Below the pieces are notes generated by a model. It saw only the letters and a list, made by a program, of their open reading frames with translations, was not told the DNA's origin and searched no databases. Positions 1-13,729 of a stretch of 64,000 nt of DNA are shown in pieces (position 1 is the first letter of the stretch; each line of letters opens with the position of its first letter). Both the position numbers and the translations under genes were made by a program. Source of the DNA: Octopus vulgaris (lineage: Eukaryota); contig OX597819.1 in the NCBI GenBank assembly GCA_951406725.2, positions 60,574,001 through 60,638,000 of the forward strand. The letters run 5' to 3'.

Positions 1-218
1 TTTCAGTCATTTGACAGTGGCCATGCTGGAGCACGGCCTTTAGTCGAGCAAATCGACCCCAAGACTTATTCTTTGTAAGCCTAGTACTTATTCTATCAGA
101 CTCTTTTGCTGAACCGCTAAGTTACGGGGACGTAAACACGCCAGCATCAGTTGTCAAGTGATGTGGGGGGGGGGGGGGGGCGACAAACACAGACACACAA
201 ACATATACACACACGTAC

Positions 219-249
<31 letters not shown>

Positions 250-415
250 TACGACGGGCTTCTTTCAGTTTCCGTCTACCAAATCCACTCACAAGGCTTT
301 GGTTGGCCCGAGGCTTTTGTAGAAGACACTTGCCCAAGGTGCCACACAGTGGGACTGAACCCGGAACCATGTGGTTGGTAAGCAAGCTACTTACCACACA
401 GCCACTCCTATGCCT
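1..415 (-). mobile_element. tRNA-derived SINE family S1, near-complete copy (tail truncated by window edge)
   Basis: Head ggcataggagtggctgtgtggtaag...ggttcagtccc (A/B-box-like), internal microsatellite, tail gtgctccagcatggccac...gactgaaa. Many copies in this window. Confidence 0.9.
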
Positions 416-781
416 ATAGGTTAGTGACTGGAGTGTGATACTGATGAGTAACTGCATTTGAATCAACTGGGTGATCATTGTTTTCAGATATCTATCCTGG
501 TTGTGGGTGCAGTAATCCAGTGAGTAGGGATTATGTCTTGTTGAAGGAGATAATATTAGCATAGTTCCATAGGAGAATGTCTTTGAGGTCTTTGCTCATG
601 AATCCAGTACAGGTTTGACATGAAGGAGGAAAGGAGGAGTTTGCAGAAGACTGGTGGGTTGGGATAGTCCAGTACCTACTTGTGATGGGTGGGGACAAGA
701 GAGTGGTCAGATGTTTTTGCCCAGTAAGGCTCAATAAAGAGCAGATCTTGTTTTAGTAGTAAACTTCAGAGAATTACAGAG

Positions 782-834
<53 letters not shown>

Positions 835-1817
835 GAGATGCAAGAGAGTGAGAGAAGAAGAACAGGACATGTGAGAAGGAGAATGGGGTATGAAGGAGGG
901 AGTATGATATGAAGAAGAGAGAAAAAGAGATAAAACAGGACATGAGAGAGGAAGAACAGGATATGAAAGAAGGAAGTGATATGAGGAAGAGAGAAGTAGA
1001 GAGAGAAAGAGAGAAGAAGAATGAGGGAGATATGTATGTGGAAGGTGAATGTTTGTAAGCAATTACAATAATTACTTGGCTACTAATGTTTCCCTGACTC
1101 TAGTTGAGGAACATTATCAAAACATTTGTATATAAAATAAAATAGGGTATTTAATGATATACAAACAGACATACATACAAGCAGGCTGACATACATACAT
1201 ACATACATACATACATACATACATACACACATACATACATACACACATACATACATACATACACACATACATACATACAAGCAGGCATACATACATACAC
1301 ACATACACACATATGTACAAGCAGGCAGACACATATATACATACATACAAACAGACAGACAGACAGACATACCTACCTACCTACCTACCTACCTACCTAC
1401 CTACCTACCTACCTACCTACATACATACATACATACATACAAGCAGGCAGATATACATACAAGCAGGCAGACATACATACATGCATACACGCATACATCT
1501 TCAATGTTTAATTGAGCTAACACTTGATGATGCACTTAATTTCATCTAAAATGGGTTAACCATGATCACCAGCCCCCTCACTACGCCAAATTAACCCATT
1601 AATATATAGTGTTCCCACTATATATTCAGAATATCATAAAATATAAAGTATTTTAAAAAATTTTAAATACTTGCTCTATTTGATGGCATATAAGTCACAC
1701 TTTCCACCCAACCCACCAAAAAAAAAAAACCTTAAAAAAATCTCTCCCTAGTCCTACGTGTAAAGTAAGGTCGATATTACATCTTCTAATTCAGCAAAAA
1801 CCTTTTCACTGAATATA

Positions 1818-2446
1818 CAGGGTGCGACAGAAGTAACACCCTTTTATATCGAATCATGGTGTTTTGATGAAACAAAACTTAATAAGTTTTATATTTAAGG
1901 GATAAGGAATTATGAACATTATTTACATTATTTACATTTGACAGATATTTATCCTCATCTTGTTTGTTGTTAACACGTTTCCAGAGGTGAATTATTCAAA
2001 CCCCAAAGAATCCCTCTCAACACATGGCTATGATGCTACTCAACTACTTCTGTTCATGATCAGAGATGCACATATCGTCTGCCACTAAGGGACATGCTCA
2101 ACTGATTAAGGTCAAACAACTGACAAGCAAATTTGTGGTATTGAGCAGAATATTTGCTGTAGCCCATCTTTTATACCAAGTTATAATAATAATAATAATA
2201 ATAATATTAATAATAATAATAATAATTATTATTATTCAGGTCACTGCCTGGAATCGAACTCGGAATCTTAGCGTTAGTAGCCCGCGCTCTTAACCACTAC
2301 TCCAGACACGATTTTTTTCATTAGTTTATAATTCGTTTCTTTAAGTAATGCAATAAATTTGTGTTCAATGAAAAATTACTTAATAAACATTTATATACTA
2401 TAAAAGTTATCGAATGCAAAAAGAGCTTTACTTTTGCCACGCCCTG
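1818..2446. mobile_element. Tc1/mariner-type MITE interrupted by a SINE
   Basis: TIRs cagggtgcgacagaagtaa / ttacttttgccacgccctg, with TA on both flanks. Confidence 0.7.
1915..2305 (-). mobile_element. tRNA-headed SINE inserted into a mariner MITE
   Basis: Minus-strand head gtagtggttaagagcgcgggctactaac...gagttcgattccagg at about 2236-2303, then (TAA)n, then a body ending in short atttacatt repeats. Confidence 0.65.
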
Positions 2447-2869
2447 TATATTGCTGAAATTAGGTTGCGCTAAACATTTGTGTACATCATTTATGCCATC
2501 AAATATAGTACTGCCTTCATATTGGATTCAAGTTTTGATACAAGGCTGGCAAGGGAGGGGGTAAATTCATTAGATTGATACCAGTGCTCAACTGGTATTT
2601 ATTTCATTGACCCTGAAACAATAGAAGGCAAAGTCAACCTTGGCAGAATTTGAACTCAGAACACAAAGACATGAAATGCCACTAAGCATTTTGTCCAGTG
2701 TTCTAACGATTCTGCCAGCTTATGACCCTTGTACTGTTCACATAATATTAACTCTTCACAAATCTTAGCAACAGTATTATCATCATTTTAATGGGCTTTT
2801 TTTTTATCTCCATATTGTTTATTTTCCATGCTGTTTCACCCTTTAATGTTCAGATTATTCTGTCAAATG

Positions 2870-3285
2870 TTGCAAGCTGGCAGAATCGTTAGCACGCTGG
2901 GTGAAATTCTTAGCGGTATTTCATCTGCCGTTACTTTCTGAGTTCAAATTCCGCCAAGGTCGACTTTGCCTTTCATCCTTTCAGGGTTGATAAATCATGA
3001 ACCAGTTACTCACTGGGGTCGATGTAATCGACTTAATCCATTTGTCTGTCCTTGTTTGTCCTCTCTGTGTTTAGCCCCTTGTGAGTAGTAAAGAAATAGG
3101 TATTTCGTCTGCTGCTATGTTCTGAGTTCAAATTCCACCGAGGTCAACTTTGCCTTTCATCCTTTTGTGATCGATAAATTAAGTACCAGTTACACACTGG
3201 GATTGATGTAATCGACTCAATCCCTTTGTCTGTCCTTGTTTGTCTCCTCTATGTTTAGCCTCTTGTGGGCAATAAAGAAATAAAA
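2870..3285 (+). mobile_element. SINE family S2 (tRNA-like head; central gcctttcatcctttcggggtcgataaa..aagtaccag domain resembling the MetaSINE core), internally duplicated
   Basis: Two tandem copies of the ctgagttcaaattcc...tttgtctgtccttgtttgtc unit. The Meta-domain assignment is from memory. Confidence 0.8.
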
Positions 3286-3856
3286 CTGTGATATTTGTTT
3301 AGTCACATTGTTTTGAGTTGATCATGCATTATCTCATAGATTCAAGACTTCGATGATGTGATTGTTTATTTTCAGAATGACATTGTAGTGTTGGTGTGAG
3401 AGGCTGGATCTGGCCAGTTTGAGCATATGGATGGATATGGCCAGTTTAAATACTAAAGGATTAAGTGTGTGGAAACACATGGAATTAACATGTGGCTTAG
3501 TTGTCATGGTGTTCAGTTCATGATCAGAGAATTGTGGGTTCAGCTCCTGCACTGGGCAGCAAGGTACTTTGCTACACATTGCTCCAGTCTCCTCAGCTAT
3601 AATGACTATAATGAATATCAGCCGAGTGCTGGTGCAGTCCTTTCTCACTCCAACTGTTACATCCTAGATGTGCCACTGGGTCATAGCAAACTTAGAGAGT
3701 GTCTGTGTCAACTCACATCTACATCAGGACTTAAAACAATAAGTAAAGGCATGGTACATGTTGCTAAGACATACTTGCTTGTTAGTGATAGCTGGCTGCA
3801 CCCTATTTAACTGTAATTAATTGCAGAATGGCAATTAAGTTTTGTTTGTTCATAAG

Positions 3857-3907
<51 letters not shown>

Positions 3908-3919
3908 CATACATATAAA

Positions 3920-4275
3920 AGCACCCTTCAATCACCAGGCAATATGTCATGCTTGTGAAGACCAGTTGAACTGATTGAAATCATAGTCGTGGCCGATGCC
4001 AGTGCCACCTGACTGGTACCTGAGCTGGTGGCACATAAATAGCACCATTCAAGCATGACCAGTGCCAGTGCTGCCTGACTGGCACCTATACTGGTGGCAC
4101 GTAAAAAGCACCCACAACACTCTCAGAGTGGTTGGTGTTAGGAAGGGCATCCAGCTGTAGAATAAGATTAGAGCCCAGTGCAGCCTCCTGGCTTGCCAGT
4201 CCTCAGTCAAACCGTCCAACCCATGCCAGCATGGAAAGCAGACGTTACACAATGACAATGATGATGATGATGATG
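3920..4275 (+). mobile_element. RTE-3'UTR-derived repeat/SINE module
   Basis: ggcacgtaaaaagcacc...aggaagggcatccagctgtagaa...aacccatgccagcatggaaa followed by (gat)n. Similar sequence at about 18780-19000 and 8050-8120. Confidence 0.7.
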
Positions 4276-5047
4276 ATATATATATATATATATCATGGAA
4301 TCTCCTGTCATTAAACGACGTATGAGGGTTTAGCAATTTCTTACCGAACAACCTCACAGATTATTTGTTTATAATGATCAAATGTTTGTGTTCGCATAAG
4401 TTCACTCCCTCCATCTAATCAACATTACCTGTACAGGTGCACCATGTATCACATGTCAGATGACAAAATGATTGCAGAGCAATGTGAAATGAAGTACTTT
4501 GCTCAAGAACACAATGCAATGCCCAGTTTGGGAATCGTCTAGTCTGGGAATCGCCCAGTCTGTGCCTATTGCCTTTCCAGATTCCCCTCATCTCTTAGAC
4601 TCAGGACATTTAGATGAATGGGTGTGGCTACTAAAGTTAGCCCTTAGTTTAATACAATTAATCCTTAGTTGAACTCAGGCAGTAGGGTGGGGGAATGAGA
4701 GATAGTGATTATGTTGTTTCTTAACCTGCTAGTAACAGTAGTCAAATCTTCATCAAATCACTCTACCATCTTAGCTAAAAGAAAGATACATTGGATAATA
4801 TATTCCCTGACAGATTATGCTTGATAAAAGATACACCGTTTCTTGATCAAGGTTTACCCAAGGCTAAACAACAACAGCAGCAGCAGCAGCAACAGCAGCA
4901 ACAACAACAACAACAACAACAACAAAAAATCAACAGCTGCAGCAGCAAAGGTACATTCCTGATAAAGAATAATCAAACTGTTTTTAGTACAGGATCTGGG
5001 ACAGAGAGTTTTGAGTTACTGTTAGCTTGTAGTCACTCCAGACATAC

Positions 5048-5074
5048 AATGAGGAGTCATTCCACCGACATTCA
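5048..5074 (-). CDS. Candidate 27-nt microexon of an unidentified minus-strand gene
   Basis: Minus strand reads ...ttattaaatttcag|TGAATGTCGGTGGAATGACTCCTCATT|gtatgt; length 3n. Confidence 0.3.
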
Positions 5075-5689
5075 CTGAAATTTAATAACTCTTCTATCCG
5101 TCACATCACTTCCTCCTTTTAATAATATTGATTTCTAACAAAGCCATATTGATTTCTTTTATTTAATATTGATTTCTAATTTAGTGGGAGGGTACAGTTG
5201 ATTGTATCAACTCCAGTAGTACTTGACTGTTGCTATTTTTGATGGCACTTTTTTTCTCCAGAAATGGTCTCAAAACATTACCCCAAGTATTAAATAGCAA
5301 ATTGGGCCTCTATTAAATTAGTTTTTCCCTGGCATTCACTTTGTCCTGAATATGCACTACCGAAATTTGGGTGAGTTTTATATGCTTGTATGTTTTTTAT
5401 ACTATCAAATACATTTCTATATTTTATCAACCTGGAAGGCAAGCAAAGGTCACCTTGGTTGCAGTTGAACACAGATTACAAAAGATTGTAAATAAATACA
5501 ATGAAGTATTTTGTTTGACATGTCACTTTATAGAAGAGCAGAGGTGACAGATTTTTGTTATAGCATGTGACTGCAGTGGGTACATGCTGCTGACAAAGCC
5601 CAAAAACTCAGAAATGCGCACGTAACATTCCCACCTTAAGACAAAGGTAATATCACTTATGGACAAATACTGGAGTTAATTTGGATTTC

Positions 5690-5924
5690 TTATTTCTTTA
5701 TTGCCCACAAGGGGCTAAACATAGAGGGGACAAACAAGGACAGACAAAGGGATTAAGTCGATTACATCGACCCCAGTGAGTAACTGGTACTTAATTTATT
5801 GACCCCGAAAGGATGAAAGGCAAAGTTGACCTCGGCAGAATTTGAACTCAGAACGTAACGGCAGATGAAATACTGCTAAGCATTTTGCCTAGCATGCTAA
5901 TGTTTCTGCCAGCTCACCGCCTTA
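5690..5924 (-). mobile_element. SINE S2 with a 22-bp TSD
   Basis: Flanked by actggagttaatttggatttct / actggaattaatttggatttct. Confidence 0.85.
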
Positions 5925-5959
5925 ACTGGAATTAATTTGGATTTCTGTGATTTATGACA

Positions 5960-6670
5960 CTGGCAGAGGTGCCATTTGCATGACACCAGTATCTTCCATG
6001 ACTGTGATTTTGCTCAGCTTGATGGGTCTTCTCAAGCATAACAATGCCAAAGGTCTCGATCATTGCTTCCATGAGACCCAACACTCAAAAGGAACTCAGC
6101 CACTTTGCCTCTGTGAGTTCCAATATTCAAAAGGTGTTCTTTACATGCCACCAGGACGGGTACCAGTTACGTGAGACCAGCATTAGCCATGACTATGATT
6201 TCACTCAGCTTGAGGGTCTTCTCAAGCACAGCATATCGCTAAATGTCTTGGTCACTAGTCATTGCCTCTGTGAAGCTCAAAGTTTGAAGATCATGCTTCA
6301 GTACCTTGTCCCATGTCTTCCTGGGTCTACCTCTACCACAGGTTCCCTCCCCAGTCAGAGATTGGCACTTCTTTACACAGCTGTCCTCATCCATATGCAT
6401 CATATGACCATACCAGCACAGTCATCTCTCTTGCACACCACATCTGATGCCTCTTATGCCTAACTTTTCTCTCAAGGTGCTTACACTTTGTCGAACATGA
6501 ATACTGACATTGCACATCCAGTGAAGCATACTGGTTTCATTTTTGTCAAGCCTACACATGTCTTCAGCTGTCACAGTCCATGTTTCACTGCCATGTAGCA
6601 TAGCTGTTTGCACACAGGTATCATACAATCTGTCTTTCACTCTGAGAGAGAGGCCCTTTATTGCCAGCAG
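5960..6670 (-). mobile_element. RTE-clade LINE 3' fragment (RT C-terminus plus partly duplicated 3' end)
   Basis: RLYDTCVQTAMLHGSETW...LREKLGIRGIRCGVQER...WYGH...GRGRPRKTW is typical of the RTE ORF C-terminus. Confidence 0.85.
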
Positions 6671-6675
6671 AGGTG

Positions 6676-6874
6676 GTGCACCACCTTAAAGGGTTTTAGT
6701 AAAAAGAAGTCAACGCCAAGACTTATGATTTGTAAGCCAAGCACTTATTCTATTGGTGTCTTTTGCCAAACTGCTAAATTATGGGGACATAAACACACCA
6801 ACATCAGTTGTCAAGTGATAGTGGAAGGACAAACACAGATAAAAAGATACACAAATACATACATACATACATAT

Positions 6875-6905
<31 letters not shown>

Positions 6906-7067
6906 ACCGGCTTCATTCAGTTTCCATCTACCAAATCCACTCACAAGGCTTTGGTCGGCCTGAGGCTATAGTAGAAGATATTTGCTCAAGGTGTTACACA
7001 GCGGGACTGAACCCAGAGCCATGTGGTTGGGAAGCAAGCTTCTTGCCACACAGCCACTCCTGTACCT
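6676..7067 (-). mobile_element. SINE S1 copy
   Basis: Similar to 1-415. Confidence 0.85.
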
Positions 7068-7272
7068 ATGTTGATATAAATATATACATTTAGAGATGGA
7101 TTCAGCCAATCACATTTCAACATTTACAAAAAGCAAAAAAATTAAAAAAGGAAACTGGCTTTTTGCCTGAGCAAGCAAGAAGTGAATAGGATCTGTTTAT
7201 GGTGTGAGCGAGATGTATCAGAGGAGAAGGAGAAAGATATGAATTTATGAATGAATATTGTGTATGTATGTA

Positions 7273-7305
<33 letters not shown>

Positions 7306-7595
7306 AGAATTGACTCTAGTGCAGTACTGTACTGGTATTTTATTTATCAATCTATAAAGGATGAAAGGCTAAGTTGATCTTGGGAGAATTTGAACTCAGA
7401 GTGCAGTGAGGTAGAATGAATACTACAACACATCCTGTTCAATGTTCTCACAACTTTACCAATTCTCCACCAATTTTAGATGCCAAATTTACAGCAATTA
7501 GCATAGTATCAAGTTGAGGAATCCTTTATCTTTTATACAAACAGACACACATGCACACACATACATGTATGTATGTATTTATATGATATATAAAT

Positions 7596-7640
<45 letters not shown>

Positions 7641-8190
7641 TACATACATACATATATGTACATAGCTACTTATATATGTATATTTACATGCATATATAGG
7701 TACAGGACATAAAAAAAAACGTCCTTACCTTCGAAACGCAGAGTAGATCAAACAGGGACAACTGAAGAAGGGGAATATTCTTAATGTTGCATGTCTCGTT
7801 TCTCTGTTTGCTTTTTTTGTTGTTCAAAAGAAGTTTGTTTCTATGTTTTTGTTTTTATGTTTTCGTTTTTGATTGTGTTCAACGTTTTTTTTTTGATGAC
7901 CTGTGCCCATATATGCATGTATATATACATATATATGTAGGTATGTACATATATGTATGTATATATGCATATATTTATATTATTATATGATCGAATGCCA
8001 CACATCCTTTTCCAAGTATATATATATGTATGTATGTATGTATATATAGAGCTTGAGACAGCCTTCTGACTTTCCAGCTTTTGTCAAACAGTCCAACCCA
8101 TGCCAGCAGAGAGAACATGATGATGATAGTGATGACGACAATGATGACGATGATGATGATAGTGACGACAACAACAACAATGATGATATG

Positions 8191-8237
<47 letters not shown>

Positions 8238-8522
8238 AATAGGTTTCTGCATAGCTACTGCCTACCAAATTCACTCACAAGGCATTGCTTGGCCCAAGAA
8301 GATACTTACCCAAGGTGCTAGCAGGGGAATGAACCTGAAACTACATGATTGTAAAGTGAGCTTCTTAAGTACACAGCCATGTTTTTCATAACAATGAGAA
8401 GAAAAGAAAAAAAAACGATAAAAATCACCAGAGTATTTCTATGTAAAATTCTAAAATGAAAACATGAATAATAGTAGAAAAGTCTGTTTGAAATCAGTCA
8501 ACATGAATTCTTTTGTATGTAC

Positions 8523-8546
8523 CTGTCTAGAAGAACCATTCCGTGT
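8523..8546 (-). CDS. Candidate 24-nt microexon of an unidentified minus-strand gene
   Basis: Minus strand reads ...tatctcctttcttttatag|ACACGGAATGGTTCTTCTAGACAG|gtacat: strong pyrimidine tract, length 3n, unique sequence. Confidence 0.35.
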
Positions 8547-9087
8547 CTATAAAAGAAAGGAGATACAAACAATGTTTGGATAGATCAAAAGAGACTTGCT
8601 GTGATAATTAATTAACCAGTTCTTCTAATATTCTAACTACTGTGAATTTGGTACAAGAATAAAAGAAAATGTTAGAAATGGTAAATAAAGCTGAATAGAG
8701 ATGGAAAAAATAATAAAAGAAGAACTCTCTACAACTGTTTCCCTTCCCATGTCTTCCATTTAAATAGTAGTTTCTTTTGACTGGAAACAAAACCAATTCT
8801 GTAGGAGTTTGTGTAAAATCAATTAATATTGGTTCAAAATACCCAAAGGATGAAAAATAAAGTTGAACTTAACAGAATATAAATACCAAATAGCTTTGTT
8901 AATCTACTACTCCTGACAACTTATGCAAATCATAACAAGTTATACTAACTGTAACTAACTATATAAACACTTTTGATATGAATCCACCTGAGACTGCCCA
9001 TGCTTCTGTGATACAAGCTTCCTGTATAAAAATGATCTGAATTAAAAACACCTGCATCAAAATTTCCAGTTAATTTATATTCTAGAT

Positions 9088-9463
9088 AGGTGTAAGAGTG
9101 GCTGTGTGGTGAGTAGCTTGTTTACAAACCACAGGGTTCTGGGTGCAGTTGCACTGCGTGGCACCTTGGGCAAGTGTCTTCTACAATAGCCTCGGGCTGA
9201 CCAAAGCCTTGTGAGTGGATTTGGTAGATGGAAACTGAAAGAAGGCGTGTGTGTATATGTTTGTGTGTCTGTGTTTGTCCCCCCAACATCGCTTGACAAC
9301 CGATGCTGGTGTGTTTAGGTCCCTGTAACTTAGCAGTTTGGCAAAAGTGACCAATAGAATAAGTACTAGGCTTACAAAGAATAAGTCCCGGGGTTGATTT
9401 GCTTGACTAAAGGCGGTGCTCCAGCATGGCCACAGTCAAATGACTGAAACAAGTAAAAGAGTA
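9088..9463 (+). mobile_element. SINE S1 copy
   Basis: Complete from head to the gtaaaagag tail. Confidence 0.9.
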
Positions 9464-9479
9464 GATGCTAGTTTAATAA

Positions 9480-9890
9480 TGATTTCAGATTTTGGCACAA
9501 GGCCAGTAATTTCAGGGGTTGGGGTAAGTGAATTACATCAACCTCGCTGCTCAACTGGTACTTATTTTATTAACCCTGAAAGGATGAAAGGTAAAGTCAA
9601 CCTCAGCATAATTTGAACTCAGATTGTTAAGACAAATGAAATACTGCTAAGCATTTCCCCTGGCGTGCTAACAATTCTTTTCTGCTCTAGGCTTAAGGCC
9701 CAAAATTTTTGGGGAGGGAGCCAATCGATTAGATTTCCCCCAGTATGCAACTGGTACTTAATTTATTGACCCCGAAAAGATGAAAGGCAAAGTTGACCTC
9801 TGCGTAATTTGAACTCAGAACGTAAAGACAGACGAAATACCGCTAAGCATTTCACCCAGTGTGCTAACAATTCTGCCAGCTTGGTACCTT
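9480..9890 (-). mobile_element. SINE S2 dimer
   Basis: Two S2 bodies in tandem. Confidence 0.8.
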
Positions 9891-10516
9891 TATGGTAGCT
9901 TAATAATGACAAAAGATATTTTAATTTTTTTTTACCATTTTCATAAATAATTGAAACAAATGCAGATATTCAACAGAATTCTGATAATAAAATGGTTAAT
10001 TCTTTACTAAGTCTGCTTAAAAAGGTTCAATTAATCCATTTGTGCATAAATTCTTAGCAACTGTAGGCTTAAATCATTTCACTTGGATCTACACACACGT
10101 AAATGGTATAAGGTATGGCTATGTGGGTTAAGAATTTTGCTTTGTAACCATGTACATCCAGTTTCAATTCCTCACAGTGCAGCTTAGCCATTGCAATACT
10201 AATAATCTGGTGTAGAACTCAATATACATATGCTCTTCAACAGAGTGTTAGTTGAGTAGAGAGCAGTTATAAGAAAAAGAGATGACAAAGGAATAACTGA
10301 TTATCTTATGATCTTGATTAGCTTACAGCTGTTTCTGGTGGACTCATGGTTGAGTGCTCATCACTCAAGTCCATAAGATAATTTTTTATTCCTTTGTCAT
10401 CTCTTTTGCTTAAATGAAGTCAGTTCAGGGCTCGCAGGACGGCCTGCTGTGCTTACCTTGGATCGTAGGGTGACCTCCTGTGTATGTGTGTGTAAGTGTT
10501 TGTGTGTGTGTATGCA

Positions 10517-10547
<31 letters not shown>

Positions 10548-10554
10548 CTCTCTG

Positions 10555-10585
<31 letters not shown>

Positions 10586-12018
10586 GTATGTATATGTATA
10601 TATGTATATATAAATGTGTGTGTTATATAGTCATGTCTGTGTTATTCTTTTATTCTTTTTTTAATTTCAGTCATTTGACTGTGGCCATGCTGGAGTACCG
10701 CCTTTAGTCAAACAAATTGACCCCAGGACTTATTCTTTGTAAGCCTACTACTTATTCTATCAATCTCTTTTGCTGAGCTCCTATGTTATGGGGACGTAAA
10801 CACACCAACATTAGTTGTCAAGCAATGGCGGAGTGGGGGGGGGGCACAAACACAGGCACACAAACATATATTGTTTACATTTGTCTAAAAAAAAACTGGG
10901 TTTGCTTACATCGTGTCCCTTTATGACCTTTGATATAACAGTTCAACAAATGGAGATTCATGAAATAAGTACCAAACAAAAATAAGCACATGCTTATTTA
11001 AATATAAATGTTGAAGCTCTTCAACATGGTGTTCCAGCATGGCCACAGGCAAATGACTGAAACTAGTCAAAAAAAGAATTAATATAATTACCGTTGCTTC
11101 TACAATCATCATCATTGTCGTGGTGAAATCCTGACACCCTTGTGGGATAGCAAGTGAACTGTCCTAAACCTTATAAAGGCACATGTGTACTGAGAGTGTG
11201 AGGTACAGTGTGGTGTGTGCAGTCGCATTTGCGAAGGCAGTCGTAGAAGTCATTGAGAAGAGATATAAGTTTGTTACTGATTTAGTTATTGTAGTGTTAT
11301 AACACTGCTGCAGTGTAGTCTGTATCCAAACTCAAGGATATAAGAATCATCATCATCATCATCATCAACAACAACAACAACTACAACTGGCTATTACTGT
11401 CTTGAGTCCTTGGACTCATAGGGTCAGTTATCTGGTTTCTGTAGTATTTGAGTGGCCAAGATCACAATATTTATTTTTCTTTTATTGCCCACACAGGGCT
11501 AAACATAGAGGGGACAAACATGGACAGACAAAGGGATTAAGTCGATTACATCAACCCCAGTGCATAACTGGTACTTATTTAATTTACGCCGAAAGAATGA
11601 AAGGCAAAATTGATCTTGGTGGAATTTGAGCTCAGAATGTAACAGTAGATGAAATACCACTAACGATTCTGCCACCTCGCCGTCCTAAGATCACAACATT
11701 CCCTCCGAATGGGATGCCACTCCATTACAGAGTTTAACTCACTTACAGCTGAGTAAACTAAAGCAGCATCAAATAAAGTATTTTGCTTAAGGAGACAATG
11801 CACCATTTGGCCTGGGAATTGAAACCATGTTCTTGCAACAGTGAGTGCAACACCCCAACCTAGTGTTTCTCAATATTTTTTATCCTTGCATAACCTTTAA
11901 AATAAATTACATGTCTCAAGGAGCCCCTGCATGGAAAAAAAAATATATATATATACCATATCTTCCTCATATTTTTTTCATTGTAGTTAATGTGGTAAAC
12001 TCATTTATGATTTTATCC

Positions 12019-12060
<42 letters not shown>

Positions 12061-12793
12061 CTCACAGACACATACACACACATGGTTGGTATATATTTTT
12101 TGATAATATAAAAGGTTAGATAGGATGATGTCTATATTACAATATTACAATAACCAATAATATGTTGGTGCATGTATAGTAATATTACGATAATGAAATT
12201 AGCTTTAGCTTATCTCACTCTTTCTCGCAGAACCCTAGGGTTCCAGCAAACCCTGGTTGAGAAATGCTGCCCTAACCACGAAGCCATGCACTTTCATTTT
12301 TTGCTTCTACATTGAAACATTAGTGTTTACAATTCTTCATACACTTGGAACCAAATCAACCAGCTACTTTGATTGCATTGCTGCTGCAACAGGGAGCCTG
12401 ACCTAGTTTCAAAAAACACTTTACCTTAAACATTCCTTTCAAACTGTACGCAGCTTCAAATTATATAGATGTTAATAATATAGACTCTTGGCTCATTCTC
12501 AAATAACAAAGAAATACAATACAAGGTATTCTTTGCTATTGCTGAGTACGCAAACAAGTAAAGGGATTTCAAACAGCCTAGTGGTAAATTTTCATTTGTT
12601 ATGCTTTGTCTTTGCATGTGTCGACAGGCATGGCTGTGTGGTTAAGAAGTTACCTTCCCGACCATGCGGTCTCGGGTTCAGTTCCACTGTGTGGTATCTT
12701 GAGCAATTGTATTCTTTTCAATAGTCCTAGTAGTCCTGGGCCAATCAAAATTTTGTAAATGGATTTGCTTCATAGAAATTGAAAGAAGCTCAC

Positions 12794-13290
12794 TACACAC
12801 ACACGCACACACACACACACACACACATGCACACACACACGCACACACACACACACATGGTAGTGTTGATTATGGTTACAATGATGATGATGATGATGAT
12901 AATGTAATGTTGATTGTGATGGCTATGTGGGTGGTGATGAAAGTGAAGGTGGTGGTGGTGGTGGTGGTGATGATGATGACACTGATGATGGCGATGACAA
13001 CGACGATGACGGTGATGATGATGGTGATGATGATGACTGTAATGGCTATGTGGGTGATGATAAAAGTGGCGGTGGTGATGATGACAATGATGATGATGAC
13101 CACAACAACAACAATGACCATGACATTGATGACGAAAGGACTCTCCCAAGTAAACTCCAATTTACAAAGGATATTATTTCAGTTGCTCCAATTTAAGATA
13201 ACCACCTCACCACCACCACACCACCACCACCACCACCACAAACACCAACATCACCATCACCACCAACATCACCAACACCATCAACCCTCT
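12794..13290. repeat. (CA)n followed by degenerate GAT/GGT and CAC trinucleotide tracts
   Basis: Direct inspection. Confidence 0.85.
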
Positions 13291-13729
13291 CAATGAATAA
13301 AAAGGAAATTTTAAATACAATTCAATTTTTCCAGACAATGAAATGAAGGCTCAAAATTAAATATTTACGAAACAAAAGACCAATTCATTTATGCATCCTG
13401 TATTTACCATCCCATCATAAGATGAAGAACAAAAACAGGACATAGTTATCATTTAATTCTGACATCCACTTGACATAAAAATATTGTTAAAGTAAAATTA
13501 AAGGGATTGGTTTTTACACAGCTTCTTGTATGAAAATAAGGCCTAACAGATCTATGTAAATAAGAAGCATGTTTGCTTTATGTTAATATGACATAGAGAC
13601 ATTAGTTTTATTTGTCTAGTTTTATTCTATGGTTTCTGTTCAAAGAACTTGCACTCTTCCATATCATCGCTTTTTAAACACTCTTTTGTTTCAATGATAC
13701 TTTTGTAACTTAATTCATTGATTTTTTTT

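Noticed and set aside
420-735. Possible exon or Penelope fragment
   Set aside because: Only vague similarity, with stops in all frames; cannot be supported.
4791-5078. Poly-Q ORF
   Set aside because: A (CAG/CAA)n microsatellite with non-protein-like flanks and no convincing exon boundaries.
12793-13296. His-, Asp/Gly- or Met/Val-rich ORFs open in several frames (also 15970-16712)
   Set aside because: Degenerate trinucleotide repeats lack stops by composition; no splice sites or unique domain.
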